From sequence record OK428535.1: a DNA stretch of 64,000 nt; one strand, written 5' to 3'. Below are positions 47,089 through 56,019 of the stretch, in pieces. The translations under genes were made by a program, and so were the position numbers. This DNA is from Escherichia phage vB_EcoM_Lh1B. Under the pieces are notes generated by a model that saw only the letters and a program-made list of their open reading frames with translations, did not search any database and was not told where the DNA came from. Each line of letters begins with the position of its first letter. The stretch's first letter is position 1.

Positions 47089-47142
47089 TCCCTCAAAAAT
47101 AACGAATCGTACAAATCCTTTGACTGTGTAGGAAGGAATAAA

Positions 47143-47532
47143 ATGAAAATCGCAGAGGGGTTAGTAGATGCGTGCAGAGACCCATTCACGCTATGGGTTC
47201 TTTGTGGCTTGCGCCGAGACGATCGTTTCGGTGAGTTTGTTCGAAATCCAGATGCTTTACTAAGCTTCGTAGAAAGCGAGGAGAAGCGTTTAGAGGAGAT
47301 TAAAGAGGAAAGTAGTACCCTTACACCAGATATGGTGGTTTATAGCCGTATGACGTCACACAGGTGGCGTACGACCCATCGGCTGAAGGGAACCTCAATG
47401 AAGGAATTGATTGAAGGGTTATCAAAGGCGCTTTCGTCTGATAACATTATCTGGCCGGTGGTGTATACCAACGAAGACCATTCTGATAACGTGAAGGTTA
47501 CACTGACACGTTGTTATCACACATTCTCGTAG
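47143..47532 (+). CDS. hypothetical protein
   Basis: 129-aa ORF. Confidence 0.5.
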   Translation: MKIAEGLVDACRDPFTLWVLCGLRRDDRFGEFVRNPDALLSFVESEEKRLEEIKEESSTLTPDMVVYSRMTSHRWRTTHRLKGTSMKELIEGLSKALSSDNIIWPVVYTNEDHSDNVKVTLTRCYHTFS

Positions 47533-47535
47533 TAG

Positions 47536-47549
47536 TTAATCGACCATTA
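47536..47549 (+). promoter_or_regulatory. conserved upstream element TTAATCGACCATTA
   Basis: Identical 14-mer to 9136..9149; 17 nt upstream of ATG. Confidence 0.3.
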
Positions 47550-47566
47550 TCGTAAGGAATATTTAC

Positions 47567-48238
47567 ATGCAGGGCACTGAACTCAACAAACTTTGGGAAA
47601 AACTGGTTCGTCAATTCCGCGACTTCTATCGTTATACCGATAGTGCGCATCGCATGGATCACATCAACTCAGTTAAATCAAATGCGATTCGTATCGCGTA
47701 TATGCTTGGGCAAACCGAACACCTGAAGCTGATACTGATTGCGGTGGCAGCTCACGATATCTTCTCTACCAAAGAAGACCGTGCGTCGCACCACATCAAA
47801 GGGTATAGCTGGATACTGGATAACAAGCCAGTGCTCAAACGTAAGTATAAACTTACCGATGATGAATGTTTGACGATTGCCCATGCAGTCTTAGAACACC
47901 GCAGTTCTCACAAAGGGAACTACAACGGGATTGTCTCTGAGATAGTTGCCGCAGCTGACCGTGGCATACCGTCTGTAGATGACGTGAGTAATTACATGCA
48001 CCGTTCTTATCTGTTTGCCCGTGAACAGGGTAAAAGTAAAGGCGATGCAAAATTCCATGCCGTTGGTCACGTCCAACAGAAGTTCGGACGCAACGGTGTT
48101 AGTAATATCCCTAGTTGGTACGGTACGCTCTTCGCAGAGCGCATTCTGGAACGCAGGGATTTCGTGGAGCAGCTAGATATTAGCTATTTCACAGATACCA
48201 TTATCGATGACCTCGAAGCTCGTCTTTCTCATAACTGA
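47567..48238 (+). CDS. HD-domain phosphohydrolase
   Basis: 223 aa; H...HD...H...D pattern (HRMDHINSV, AVAAHDIFS, AHAVLEHR, AAADRG). Confidence 0.5.
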   Translation: MQGTELNKLWEKLVRQFRDFYRYTDSAHRMDHINSVKSNAIRIAYMLGQTEHLKLILIAVAAHDIFSTKEDRASHHIKGYSWILDNKPVLKRKYKLTDDECLTIAHAVLEHRSSHKGNYNGIVSEIVAAADRGIPSVDDVSNYMHRSYLFAREQGKSKGDAKFHAVGHVQQKFGRNGVSNIPSWYGTLFAERILERRDFVEQLDISYFTDTIIDDLEARLSHN

Positions 48239-48258
48239 TCATAGGGAGTTTACCGAAA

Positions 48259-48753
48259 ATGAAAATGGCACAAGTAACATCTATTAAAGAATTGAACAAA
48301 ATGATTGCTGAATTAGAATCTCCGGCAGCAACTCTTTCAGACGATCTTGCGCTCAATGCTGAGCCGCTCGTCGAGCTATATACTTCCACGCTCCCCGTAA
48401 CGAAAGTGGGCGATGTGGACTATCGTTTCACGCTGGAAGACGCGGATGCGCTGCGTCAGCACGACGCAAACTTCACTGAACTGTTTGGTGGTGTTGCCGG
48501 TGGTCTGATTGCCGAACGTGCAAAAGCGGACAGCGATGTCGGTGCACTGGACTTAACGCTCGATATCGGCAACGCAGCATTCTCTACCGTGTTCTCTCGC
48601 CCGGTTACTGAAAACCCAACTCAGAAAGAATGGGCAGCGTCCATCTCTTACGGTTTCGGTTCTCCGAAGNNTAAGGNGTTGGAAGGCAAACNGCGTAAAG
48701 AGTTTGCCAAATCCATGATGGCAACTGATGAAGAAGACGAAGACGACGAATAA
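48259..48753 (+). CDS. hypothetical protein with acidic C-terminus
   Basis: 164-aa ORF with AGGGAG RBS. Confidence 0.5.
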   Translation: MKMAQVTSIKELNKMIAELESPAATLSDDLALNAEPLVELYTSTLPVTKVGDVDYRFTLEDADALRQHDANFTELFGGVAGGLIAERAKADSDVGALDLTLDIGNAAFSTVFSRPVTENPTQKEWAASISYGFGSPKXKXLEGKXRKEFAKSMMATDEEDEDDE

Positions 48754-48956
48754 TGATTCCGTCCAGCCCAAAGGAACTCGCTGAGCTACTCGGGGCTAAA
48801 GTGGAGTGCCATCCTAATGTGAATCCGGCTACTGGGTTACGTTGGGATGGTACCATTGCGCCACACGAGGAAATCGGTCTCACCGTCACCTTCCCTAAAC
48901 CCATGCCGAAGCCGCTGCAGTTAGAAGGGCTTGCTTCGCTATACGGTCGGAAGTAG
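48753..48956 (+). CDS. hypothetical small protein
   Basis: 67-aa ORF overlapping upstream stop. Confidence 0.4.
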   Translation: MIPSSPKELAELLGAKVECHPNVNPATGLRWDGTIAPHEEIGLTVTFPKPMPKPLQLEGLASLYGRK

Positions 48957-48964
48957 TAAACAAT

Positions 48965-48998
48965 GGGGTGGTCTTATGACTGCCCTATTTTTTTTTTG
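48965..48998 (+). terminator. probable intrinsic terminator
   Basis: Imperfect hairpin with two wobble pairs followed by a 10-nt T-run. Confidence 0.45.
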
Positions 48999-49012
48999 AT
49001 TTTGGAGCTACA

Positions 49013-49555
49013 ATGAAGCAACTTAATACTCTCGGTCAGGATGATATCAAACCGATTCCATCTGATATGAAACGTGAAGACATTATTCGCCACATCAATC
49101 AGATCGGTGACGTGTTTACGTTGTCCATGAAAGCTATACTGGAAGATGCTTTCGAAACCATTGCCGAATATCCGGTTGAGATTATTCCGCACACCATCAA
49201 CGGCTACCAGCGTTTTCTCGACACGATCACCAAAGGTAGTAGCGGTCGTATTATCGCGGGCTTTATCATCCGCTTTAAGTGCCTGTTGCAAGTAGAGCTG
49301 GGTGACGATGTACTCCGTCGGCTGGAACACGAACTCATTAGCATGTCCGCCAACGACATTCTCGCGGCAGAATCAGGACAAGGTTATAAAGACGGGATGT
49401 CTCTCTGGAAGATTGCCCACCCTGACTTGGGCGATGTTCAACCGCCGTCTGAATTCGATGTGCTTGTAACTTATCTGTTATTGCTGCAAATCAAGAACTT
49501 GTTGATTCGTGCCAATGCGCAGCGTGAAATCGATGCTGGTCAACCGAAAAAATAA
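49013..49555 (+). CDS. hypothetical protein
   Basis: 180-aa ORF. Confidence 0.5.
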   Translation: MKQLNTLGQDDIKPIPSDMKREDIIRHINQIGDVFTLSMKAILEDAFETIAEYPVEIIPHTINGYQRFLDTITKGSSGRIIAGFIIRFKCLLQVELGDDVLRRLEHELISMSANDILAAESGQGYKDGMSLWKIAHPDLGDVQPPSEFDVLVTYLLLLQIKNLLIRANAQREIDAGQPKK

Positions 49556-49603
49556 AACGTACCTCTCTCCAAATGGAGAGAGGTAACGCTTGTTTTTTTT
49601 TTG
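49556..49603. terminator. bidirectional intrinsic terminator
   Basis: Perfect 10-bp stem ACCTCTCTCC / GGAGAGAGGT with AAAT loop, A-run before and 11-nt T-run after. Confidence 0.65.
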
Positions 49604-49605
49604 TC

Positions 49606-50481
49606 TTAGCGCATCTGGTTGGCCATCTGCTCGTCGGAGACAGAGTTGTAGCCACCTGGGGTTGCGTTGACGTCCGGGTTGATACCATCGGTCTGCTGAG
49701 ACGGAGTAAGCCACAGTTTGCGTTCGTAAGGACGCAGACCGTACAGCTTCATACGATCCAGCTCTTTCGCAGCGGCCTGCATCGGACCCCAACCTGTCCA
49801 TTGCTGGGNGGTAAAGGCGATTGACAGTTCGTTAATCTGCGGACCGGTGTTGGTTTCACGCTCACCNATATCCTGGCCAGCGGTTTCCGGAATCATGTTC
49901 GTTAACCACCACGCGTTCTGCGGTTTACGCTGATACGCATCTGGCTCGATGAACAGCACGGTCATGCTGTACATATCCGGCAGGTGGTCAGGAACGTTCG
50001 GGTTGATTGCGGCCAGGCCTGGGTGACCAGTCTGGGGATCACAAACACCGTAAACCAGCCACGCCCACAGCATGTTTTGGTACACCTTCCCGAGTTTATC
50101 CGGGGTGGTGAAGGTAACAGAGGACAGTGCTTCCGTTACCAGACCAGCTTCATACTGGGTACGGTTGTTACGACCCTGCTGAGTTTCAACAGCCGCATGG
50201 CTCAGGGTTTTATCCAGGCCAGTAATCTCGGAGTGAACCTCGATAAAGGACTTGATAGCCTGACGCCACATCTGCGGGTTCGGCATGTAATCCACCCAAC
50301 GAGGGAATTCCATGACGCGCGCGATGACGTTACGACGCAGACGAGAGGCGTTAGTAACGAACTTGCCAACCTGTCCAACCGGGCCGTTTTGGCCCGAGGA
50401 GAACGCGTTGACCATATCGTACTGGCCGCCGTCGACGTGCAGACCCTGATCAGGCAAAATGAGACGATCTTTGATTGCCAT
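49606..50481 (-). CDS. structural protein, possibly tail tube-like
   Basis: 291-aa ORF immediately downstream of the 681-aa major structural gene; assignment is by gene order and size only. Confidence 0.55.
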   Translation of the reverse strand: MAIKDRLILPDQGLHVDGGQYDMVNAFSSGQNGPVGQVGKFVTNASRLRRNVIARVMEFPRWVDYMPNPQMWRQAIKSFIEVHSEITGLDKTLSHAAVETQQGRNNRTQYEAGLVTEALSSVTFTTPDKLGKVYQNMLWAWLVYGVCDPQTGHPGLAAINPNVPDHLPDMYSMTVLFIEPDAYQRKPQNAWWLTNMIPETAGQDXGERETNTGPQINELSIAFTXQQWTGWGPMQAAAKELDRMKLYGLRPYERKLWLTPSQQTDGINPDVNATPGGYNSVSDEQMANQMR

Positions 50482-50484
50482 CTA

Positions 50485-52530
50485 TTAGCTCTCCCGACGG
50501 TAAACTTTGATAGTGGTGTTGAACTGGGTGAGCAGCACACCGCCTTCAGCGATCAGGTCCAGCGTCACAGAGTAACCATTGGATTTATCGTCTGCAGTGA
50601 AGTACGCCTTCGGAGTGACGACAGCAACGTTATCGAGACGGCCTTCCAGACGTTCGATAATTTTGTTCTCAATCATCTTCGCACGTTCATCATCCGTCAT
50701 GGCCGCTTCGCCAGACATGTCCGCCCATACACGGTCGGAAACACGATAGACGTAGGTCATCATGAAGTTGAACAGGGCGTTGTTCAGTACAGAACGATCT
50801 TCGCTGTAGATTGACTGAATCGCCGGAATGAACAAGCGATAGTAGTCGTAGGAACGGGCAGTGATCAGCGACACATCCCAGTCAGACGCATACACTTCGT
50901 TGCCTTTCCACGGCATACTCAGGTCAGTCAGATCTTCGATAATCGTCAGTTCGCCACGGCTGAAACGATAAGCCGGTTTTGCACGACCGTCGCCTGCACC
51001 CAGGTACTTCGAGAAGAAGTTCGCCAGGGAGTAGTTCATCGGAACAGGCTTCTTGTAGGAAGAGTTCTTGATGAACGCCGATTGGCCGGTGACCATACCA
51101 CGTGCAGCCGGAGTGCCGTAATAGGCAGATTCCGGTACCGCTGTGATCAATTCGATCAGGGCGATTTTTGNACTTTCTTCTGTCTGCTCATCGTTACGGC
51201 CTTGGCTGTAAACGTGAGTCGCCAGCGTCAAGAAGGTGTTACGTGAACGACCGATGAAGTTCACGAGCGCAGCTTTAGTATCGAAGCTAAAGCCAGAGTC
51301 CCAGAAACAACCCAGCGAGTATTTCAGCTCGTTGTCGTAACGGACTTTACCGCCATCCGGGAACAGCAGCATTTCACGGCGAACGAGTTCGTCGTAAACG
51401 TCGTTGTTCATGGTACCATCGCTACCACCTTGCAGGTAGTGGATGTTGGATGCGGAGAACACAACTTTACCGGTTTCAGTAGCCGGGTTTACCTGAAGAC
51501 CATCGTAAGGCTGGCCCAGTAAATCATAGCCGCCAAAGATGTCAACCATATACGGGTCAGCAGGCGCATCAGTTGTGATAGCGGCCTGAGCCAAGCCCAG
51601 TACAGTTTCCAGGTTCTCGCGATACAGATAGAACTGCTCGAAAGGACCATAATCTGGCAGCTCGCCAATGTCAGGCATCGTCTGACGATATGCATCCGCA
51701 ACAACAACTTCGAAGTCGAGTTGCGTTCTCATCGGCTGATAGTATGCATCGGGCTTAAAGCTAAAATTGATGCTACTCATGCCAGTGAGAGTTTTCCACA
51801 CTACCGGAGAAGTCACGCCTGCCAGGGTTTCGAACCATTGCAGGGTGTAAACACGACCACCGACTTCATTTTGATAGGAGGAGGTCAGAGCCGGGCTGGA
51901 TTTCTCGCTGAGTGGGATCAGTTTGAAACCGAAACCGTTGACGTCAGCACCCGCATACGGGCCTGCGATATCGAACAACGGATACAGCTTCGATTTCGTG
52001 CCGCCTTCGCCAGTCATCGTCCCCTCGATAACCACACCTGCGCCGATGGCCGGGGTAGTTTCGTCGATTACGACAGAACGGAAGACGATTACCAAACCGT
52101 CAACTTGTTCTTTGATCTTGGGCTTGCCCGAGTTGTCGTACTGAACGATCCCGTTGCTGTCGCGTTCGTAGGACGGAACTTTCGTTTCGAGTACGTCGGC
52201 GAATACGCGAACACTTGCGGTTTTCGCATCTTCAGGGATCAAGCGCTGATACATACACTCGTTTGCGTTAGCGTTGAACATCGCCTGATAGGGCGTGTTG
52301 AACGTCGCGTAGGGGCCTCGCAAGTCAAAGACATTGCGACCAAGCAGAGACAGTGCATTATCCCCGGTTAACGGGAACGCCTCGTTGTCTACCCCGCGCG
52401 CGGCAAAGGTGAAGATCAGCGGCTTATGAATTGCGTCACCCGTAGGGGTACGCNCAAGCTCGGGGACAGAGTTATCCTGCCAACCTTGCTTGTTATTCAA
52501 CGGCGCGCCGTTTCGTGGAATAAAAGTCAT
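50485..52530 (-). CDS. major structural protein, possibly tail sheath-like (or capsid)
   Basis: 681-aa ORF, no enzyme motifs, followed by a ~290-aa partner as in sheath/tube pairs; sheath versus capsid not resolved. Confidence 0.6.
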   Translation of the reverse strand: MTFIPRNGAPLNNKQGWQDNSVPELXRTPTGDAIHKPLIFTFAARGVDNEAFPLTGDNALSLLGRNVFDLRGPYATFNTPYQAMFNANANECMYQRLIPEDAKTASVRVFADVLETKVPSYERDSNGIVQYDNSGKPKIKEQVDGLVIVFRSVVIDETTPAIGAGVVIEGTMTGEGGTKSKLYPLFDIAGPYAGADVNGFGFKLIPLSEKSSPALTSSYQNEVGGRVYTLQWFETLAGVTSPVVWKTLTGMSSINFSFKPDAYYQPMRTQLDFEVVVADAYRQTMPDIGELPDYGPFEQFYLYRENLETVLGLAQAAITTDAPADPYMVDIFGGYDLLGQPYDGLQVNPATETGKVVFSASNIHYLQGGSDGTMNNDVYDELVRREMLLFPDGGKVRYDNELKYSLGCFWDSGFSFDTKAALVNFIGRSRNTFLTLATHVYSQGRNDEQTEESXKIALIELITAVPESAYYGTPAARGMVTGQSAFIKNSSYKKPVPMNYSLANFFSKYLGAGDGRAKPAYRFSRGELTIIEDLTDLSMPWKGNEVYASDWDVSLITARSYDYYRLFIPAIQSIYSEDRSVLNNALFNFMMTYVYRVSDRVWADMSGEAAMTDDERAKMIENKIIERLEGRLDNVAVVTPKAYFTADDKSNGYSVTLDLIAEGGVLLTQFNTTIKVYRRES

Positions 52531-52587
52531 GGAACGTCTCCATATATTCGTCTTAAAGACCTGATGGTCATACTAAGGATCATACTC

Positions 52588-53493
52588 ATGGCACTCGAAA
52601 ACGCTTACAGCGGTAATCCCTTTAATGCACTTGACCTTACTCGCACCAAGGCAGACCTGGAATTAGCCCGTAAACTTAACCAAACTGTCGCACAGTCCGA
52701 TGAAGTTCATTACGTTGTTGAGACCGCTGATGTAAAACCGTTTCCTTTGCCGATTGTTATCGGCGACGACGTTTATGTATACGCAGCCACGTTTACCACG
52801 CTGGATAAGACCAACGAGCTAAAAATACGAAACCCAGTCGAACACGCATTGCGTCTCGACCAGGCTCGCTGGGAATTGGTGTGGAAACGGAGTAATGGTA
52901 AGCTTGCTGCACTGATGGCACAGATGCCCTACCACCATGAGATTTTCAGCAAATGGGTGTCGGATGCGATTACCCACACGTTTGCACTTGCTCCATATCA
53001 AAGTGGGCAAATCAAAGCGTTGGCTGCATTGTTCTCTGTGGGACAGTTCTATAATCACGTCGAAGATGATGTGAAAGCTTTACGTTTGCAGCAGATGCTG
53101 GAGCAACAATTAGGCTTACCTGCGGAACTGTTTGAATCAGTGACAGGCCACACAGAATATCTTTTCCCGCGTAATATCGCAGAATTCGTCGAAATGGTGC
53201 AGGCTGCAGATATCACTCCGCGGGTGCGTGACCTGAGCATTCTGTCTCTGCAGCAGATGTTGAATACCAGCTTCTTCGGGGTGAGTTATGAAAAACAACT
53301 CGCTACTAGCGCCATCGAATATCCGCCTAGTCTCTTCGTTATGATTAAGGCTTGTCTGGATAATAACATGTTTAACCGCAGTCGGTTAGGTGGGATTGTG
53401 AAGAAGTCAGACACCGCTAAGAAACGCGATAAGTTTGAATTCACCTACAACCTTCTGATGAATCAAAACACCAAACCACTGAACATCAAGTAA
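52588..53493 (+). CDS. hypothetical protein
   Basis: In-frame ATG at 52588 with AAGGA RBS; the ORF-track start at 52426 would overlap the divergent gene. Confidence 0.5.
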   Translation: MALENAYSGNPFNALDLTRTKADLELARKLNQTVAQSDEVHYVVETADVKPFPLPIVIGDDVYVYAATFTTLDKTNELKIRNPVEHALRLDQARWELVWKRSNGKLAALMAQMPYHHEIFSKWVSDAITHTFALAPYQSGQIKALAALFSVGQFYNHVEDDVKALRLQQMLEQQLGLPAELFESVTGHTEYLFPRNIAEFVEMVQAADITPRVRDLSILSLQQMLNTSFFGVSYEKQLATSAIEYPPSLFVMIKACLDNNMFNRSRLGGIVKKSDTAKKRDKFEFTYNLLMNQNTKPLNIK

Positions 53494-53503
53494 GAGGCCC
53501 ACT

Positions 53504-56017
53504 ATGGAGAACTGGCTGGTCGCTCACGCCGTTAAAAATGCGTGGCAGCGTCCGTACCTCGATGGGGTGTTGAACATTGCGCCTTTTCGATTAACTGAAA
53601 AGACCGGAGCGATCGGGTTTTTCAAGCACGGGCGTAATCCGATTCCTTNACNGGGCGNGGGGTGGTGGNACGCGTTTGTAATTGACAAGCTCCACCTCAA
53701 CTACGGCAACTTGAGTATCCCTCCTGAGCGCTGGAAGAAACTTACTACGTGTGTAAATAACTTCCATGCGTGGATGCAGGTGTACAACGAAGATGGGACA
53801 ATTATCCCGTCGAACTCTGTGTATTTCTGGCGGACACTCTCTGGTCAGATTTACATGGCGATTCCGCAAACGGAACGCTACAAGTGGTTAGACGACACGC
53901 CGTGTTATCTACGCATTTATGCTGGTAATGATGGCGGCGAAAACGCTCCTGTTGTTAAACCGACGTTCATCGAACCGTATAATCCGCCGAACCCACAACA
54001 GATCCAGATCGTCTTAGACCGTTATAATCTGTTGAAAGGCCAGAAAATCGGCTATGTCGATTTCTGGGTAAACGGAAAGATGATTGCTGATCCTAAGCCC
54101 GCGGATATCAAAGCATGGGATGATGTTGAAATTCGTGTCGACGGCCGCATTCGTCGTGTAATTGAATACCGTTGTGGGGATTTGCAAACGTTCTACTCAA
54201 CGCTTGACCAAACACGAAAATACCTGCTGCACATTCCAAAAGGGGATGGCATTTGGATTTTCAACAACGACTGTGAAATTCAGTTGTTGTGGAAAGGCGA
54301 AGGGCGTTACTACCACCGCCACCGTCATCAGGCCGTGCGTCAATTGACGTGGAACGATATATCGATTCCGTCGATGCGGATTTCGAAATACCGCACCGCT
54401 TTCACTAACCCAATGAATGATATCGACGAACTAACGATTCGTTTATTGATACGTGACGATTTCCTTGACCTGAAGCCGTTGTATAACTCCACCCACACAC
54501 ATGACCTCTATCGTCTTAGTGACGAGCAGATCATCGGTGCGATGGTGGGGGCAAACTCCAACGTACCAGAGTGGACCGCAGCAGCGCTCGAGGAATCGGC
54601 AGCGAATCGGTTAGCGGCAGCCAAACTCCGGAACATCACACGCGATCTCTGCACTGATGCGTACGGCTACAATGCCGCCGCACGTTACAGTGCCGACACT
54701 CCACAGCGTCTGGAACTTACATCCGGTGGCTATCGCGGTACTTTGCCCGACTTACTGGCAACGCTGTCAACTGTATACGAGTACGATGCCGATGGGTTGC
54801 TGTTAGAACATCACCGTAATGCAGGCTACGATGTTTACATCCCTCGCAATCCAGAAGCACGAATCATCGAGGCTATTGCGGGTGAAGTCTCGGATGCGGT
54901 GAAGATTGTTGACAACGCTCCTGACTTTGAAATTGAGCCAGGTTCAAACGTTGGGTTGTGGATTCGAATGGTCATCGGGGAAGTTCCAACCAACGACTAC
55001 TACAAAGCCGAGGAAGGAACGGATTATACTCGCGACGGAAATAAAATCACCTGGACCGTAGATCGGACACGACGTCACCCGACAGTGATTTACGACGACT
55101 TCCATCTGTTCTTCGAAGTGGATGTTAAGGTGTCGGAAGGTCAGATACGTATTCCGATTGTAGCACGCAACCAAGACGGGCAGCAGCGCACGCTGTGGCT
55201 ACCGATGGAAACGGTTGAAGTGTGGTTGAACAACCACCCACTGGTGCACGGTATCGATTACCACACCCGCTGGCCGGAAATTGTGGNGGTTTGTAAAGCG
55301 TGGATGGCGGACGGGGATACAAATAAAGTCTCAGTGCGTTGTCGTGGCGTGACCGGTGAACTCCGTATTCCTAAACATGGTTTCGTGTCAAGCGGACTGC
55401 TGTCTAATAACAGCCAGTTTGATTGCCGTGACGACAAAGTGATTCGTGTCGTGGGTGGCGGCTCACTGCTATTGCGTGACGAAGTCGTGTTCCGTGAAGA
55501 CAACACTGTAGGTGTTGACATCGTGCAAGACGGGTTCCCATACTCGGTCGACGATCCGACTATTCCGTTGCGGACGCTGGTAAGCGGCGATACGTACGAC
55601 TTGCGCGACACNNCCCGTNNTTTNGNCACNCNCGTCGAGGCTTACCTGTCTAACTGGTTCCCGACACCTCCGCCGGTTAACCCGGTACCGTTGCCGTATC
55701 TGTATCACCTCTATTCGCCAACCCTGAACAAAATCTTGTGGGACTACTTGCAAGGTATTCTGATTCTGCGGGAAGACGATCCGGAGTATCGTATCTCGAC
55801 ATCACAGCTGGATGACATCATGGAGCGTTATAAAGACCTCCTGCCGTTTGACCCGGCCTATATCGGTTACGATAAAGCGTTTGTGAAACTGCATCCGCAT
55901 GTGAAGTACGAAACGGTAGAAATCAACGAACTTGGCTTTGCCTTCTTAGACCGCGTCAATGAACGTTATCTGAATGGCGAAGTGCAGCTTAATCAGTATC
56001 TGATAATCAAGGGTTAA
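53504..56017 (+). CDS. hypothetical large protein, likely structural
   Basis: 837-aa ORF with AAGAGG RBS. Confidence 0.6.
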   Translation: MENWLVAHAVKNAWQRPYLDGVLNIAPFRLTEKTGAIGFFKHGRNPIPXXGXGWWXAFVIDKLHLNYGNLSIPPERWKKLTTCVNNFHAWMQVYNEDGTIIPSNSVYFWRTLSGQIYMAIPQTERYKWLDDTPCYLRIYAGNDGGENAPVVKPTFIEPYNPPNPQQIQIVLDRYNLLKGQKIGYVDFWVNGKMIADPKPADIKAWDDVEIRVDGRIRRVIEYRCGDLQTFYSTLDQTRKYLLHIPKGDGIWIFNNDCEIQLLWKGEGRYYHRHRHQAVRQLTWNDISIPSMRISKYRTAFTNPMNDIDELTIRLLIRDDFLDLKPLYNSTHTHDLYRLSDEQIIGAMVGANSNVPEWTAAALEESAANRLAAAKLRNITRDLCTDAYGYNAAARYSADTPQRLELTSGGYRGTLPDLLATLSTVYEYDADGLLLEHHRNAGYDVYIPRNPEARIIEAIAGEVSDAVKIVDNAPDFEIEPGSNVGLWIRMVIGEVPTNDYYKAEEGTDYTRDGNKITWTVDRTRRHPTVIYDDFHLFFEVDVKVSEGQIRIPIVARNQDGQQRTLWLPMETVEVWLNNHPLVHGIDYHTRWPEIVXVCKAWMADGDTNKVSVRCRGVTGELRIPKHGFVSSGLLSNNSQFDCRDDKVIRVVGGGSLLLRDEVVFREDNTVGVDIVQDGFPYSVDDPTIPLRTLVSGDTYDLRDXXRXXXXXVEAYLSNWFPTPPPVNPVPLPYLYHLYSPTLNKILWDYLQGILILREDDPEYRISTSQLDDIMERYKDLLPFDPAYIGYDKAFVKLHPHVKYETVEINELGFAFLDRVNERYLNGEVQLNQYLIIKG

Positions 56018-56019
56018 TC

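Noticed and set aside
2722-55635. Clusters of N base calls (e.g. 2722-2790, 4306-4450, 22968-23011, 24425-24525, 29500-29582, 31364-31470, 35592-35760, 37038-37200, 53648-53670, 55610-55632) considered as hypervariable sites (diversity-generating retroelement targets) or modified-base footprints
   Set aside because: No reverse transcriptase or template repeat in the window; Ns fall in unrelated genes and an intergenic region; reading frames are preserved, which fits low-quality base calls in a draft assembly better than biology. They should still be resequenced because they hit key motifs
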